Source: the human T2T-CHM13v2.0 reference genome, Homo sapiens
Length of the DNA stretch: 64,000 nt
Strand: one strand, 5' to 3'
Assembly (NCBI RefSeq): GCF_009914755.1
Contig: NC_060947.1
Shown: piece after piece, positions 61,198 to 64,000 of the stretch
How positions within the stretch are numbered: the first letter of the stretch is position 1
Layout of the letters: every line of letters begins with the position of its first letter
The notes under the pieces: model-generated
The model's database searches: none
What the model was told of the DNA's origin: nothing
What the model saw: only the letters and a program-made list of their open reading frames with translations
Program-made: the position numbers and the translations under genes

Positions 61198-61666
61198 TTA
61201 TGTGAGTGAATGAATTTAGATGGCAAAAAGCCAGAGGGCTTAGGACTGAACTATAGGGCCTTCCAAAAGTCAACAGGTAAATTGACACTTGAATCCAAGT
61301 GATTACCCAGTGCTTTAGGCTTAGTGTTTTTACATATGTTAGCTCATATAATTAAATTCTAACAACTTTGTGATTTTACTAAAGCTCAGAATGTTTATGT
61401 AAGTAGACCCAAGGTCCCACAGCTGGAAATTGATCAGTTGGATTCTAATGATTGATTTCTGACCCTAAATCTAGTACCTTTTTGATTATACTCCATGTAA
61501 AAGAAGGGAAATCTAGGAAAGAGAGAAATCAAACCTCAAAGATAGAAATGGTAATGCAGCTAAGAATCAACCTGATAGAGGACCATTGGATTTAGCTAAG
61601 TAATTGCTTCATGTTGAGTGAAGGATCCACACAAAAACAAGGTAGCGGATAGGTGCTAACTCTTAC

Positions 61667-61875
61667 ATGGGGAGAGCGCTTTGTGGAAACTTCAGGAGCA
61701 TTTCTACATTCTTTGCATTAAGAAGGATTAAATACAAATTATTCAGGCTACAATGTTTTCCTTGGTAAGTTATGATTAGTGTCTTTCTCCAATAATGATG
61801 TGTGCAAACTGAATTCACAGTAATGTGGTTTCTATTTGTACCGTACGTTGCCTTTACATTCTGACAACTTGAGGT
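61667..61875 (-). pseudogene. Polycystin-like block 1: 209-nt exon-like segment, open frame
   Basis: ctaat...ttttctttctttcctggtgacag| 69 open codons ending LLKFPQSALP |gtaaga; compare recalled PKD1 RLVLPRLALP. Confidence 0.55.
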
Positions 61876-62661
61876 CTGTCACCAGGAAAGAAAGAAAATA
61901 ATTAGCAATCATCACTGAGGGTTTAATATTTTAATTCTCCAGCTGTTGTACAAAATGTTTTTGTGCATATAGATTCAATTAGTCATAAAGTAGAGAATCA
62001 GAATAATGCAGCTGCATTATATAGCTTTGGAACATGCGCTCCAGGTAGAAATTGATAGGTTCTTTAGTTTATTGCCACTTTTTAAAAAGGGGATGCAGAC
62101 ATTAAAAGTCTTTCAAACAAAAGACTATTAATGTTGACATGGGAACATTAAGAGAATAGAGATGGTAACAGTAGAATCATAGAATATGTAGAATTTATAG
62201 AATATACATTGAGAAAATTTAAAAGAAAATATTATAATTTGACTTTAACATAAAAATAAATACATATAATGGAAACATCTGTCCACCTAAGTGAATAATA
62301 AACAATATTTAATGGCATATGATAATCTGGGGTGAAAGTTTTACAAAAATATGGTAAAGGGCCAATGACCTTAATATGTAAAGAAAATTTGCAAATTAGT
62401 AACATTTAAAAAATACACATAAAATAATATGCCAATAAAAATTGGGCAAAGGCTATGAACCAAACATTTAAAAAAGAAGAAATATAAACACAAATAAATG
62501 TGCAAAAAGGTTTATCTTGATAAGTAAAAAAAATTGTAGGCAATAAAATGCACCATAAATTTAAGCCTTAATTTTATTTTTCCCCCATTTAAGACACATA
62601 AAAATAATAATAGAAAACAAAATTAGAAAGGCATGGTTATACTCAAAAAGATAAACCACTC

Positions 62662-63112
<451 letters not shown>

Positions 63113-64000
63113 TCAAAAGCAGGGATGGTGACCCGTGACCTTGGAAGGAAGATGAGAAATGTGGTGGGGTTAGGTGGCAAGAAGGGAAAAGAAAAAGGGA
63201 GGACCAGCCCTGCTGGGGGCTATGGCTTGTTTAAAGCTACATTACATATCAAGCCCACCTATTTCCTGGCTGCCAAATAGGAGTGAAGAAGAAGCTCTTG
63301 GGCTCTCTCTTTGCCCCGAGAAATATCTACGCACATCCCATCCATCAAGGAGTGAAGTGGAGACGCCAGCTCTAGAAGCTCTTGAGAAACCCCTTTTCAA
63401 TCATTCCACACACACTCACAGTGAAAGGCAGGCCTATCCTAAAAATTTGCAGGGCCCAGAGCAAGCATGCCAACAAAAGCTCATGTACCATATTCATACA
63501 TATTTAAAAGCTGCATATTGAAATAATTTGATCACTCAGGTAAGGCAAAGGATTCTCTTCTAGTCCAGAGATAAGTATCTGCAAAAAAAACCTAACAAAA
63601 ATTACATTAAAATTTTAGAAAAAGGTTGCACATAAAGCTAAGTAAATGTTAAATGATAGTCTATCTCCTACCTTGATGAATATAACTTTATATTGATAAA
63701 ATTGAAACGTGTAAAACTGTATTTTTCATATGCTGAATGTTAGTAAAATGCCCAAAACTACTAAATTTAATTATTAGTTTATGTATCTGGCCTTCTGTTT
63801 ACAGTCTCATGGTGTTTGGATAAGTAATAACATAAATACATGTATAATTTATAGATTAGTATATGTTTGTACTATTAAATTTACTTTTCTTGCTTTCACT
63901 GCTGAAAGATCACTATTATGTTGTTATAATCAAGATTTTCACATAATCTGTGCTCAATTTGCAGTTCTGGTTTGAAGGATTACAAATGAAAATGTACTGA

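Noticed and set aside
63174-63521. 115-aa ORF near a strong donor
   Set aside because: GTG start, no domain similarity, no CpG island; coding status cannot be supported.

Overview
This is repeat-rich primate genomic DNA, most likely human (AluY, L1PA4-like and HERV-H/LTR7 elements are present). I see no intact protein-coding gene: the ORF track is explained by L1 ORF1/ORF2 remnants, HERV-H gag/pro/pol remnants, Alus and microsatellites. The main repeats are a near full-length L1PB-type element (+, 1.5-8.0 kb), a 5 kb L1PA15/16-type element (-), a complete 5.7 kb env-deleted HERV-H provirus with a 5-bp TSD (-, 22644-28352), a solo LTR7-family LTR, many ERV1/MaLR LTRs, DNA transposons and L2/MIR relics, often nested. 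The main unexplained signal lies in the non-repeat islands between 18.6 and 61.9 kb. On the minus strand they carry eight collinear, stop- and frameshift-riddled blocks resembling the REJ module and following GAIN region of polycystin-1-family proteins, closest to PKDREJ as I recall it. Most blocks start right after a splice-acceptor-like site. I read this as an ancient dead, possibly intron-containing, PKDREJ/PKD1-like gene. This rests on by-eye comparison with remembered sequences and needs a profile search. Repeat subfamily names are also from recognition, not RepeatMasker.
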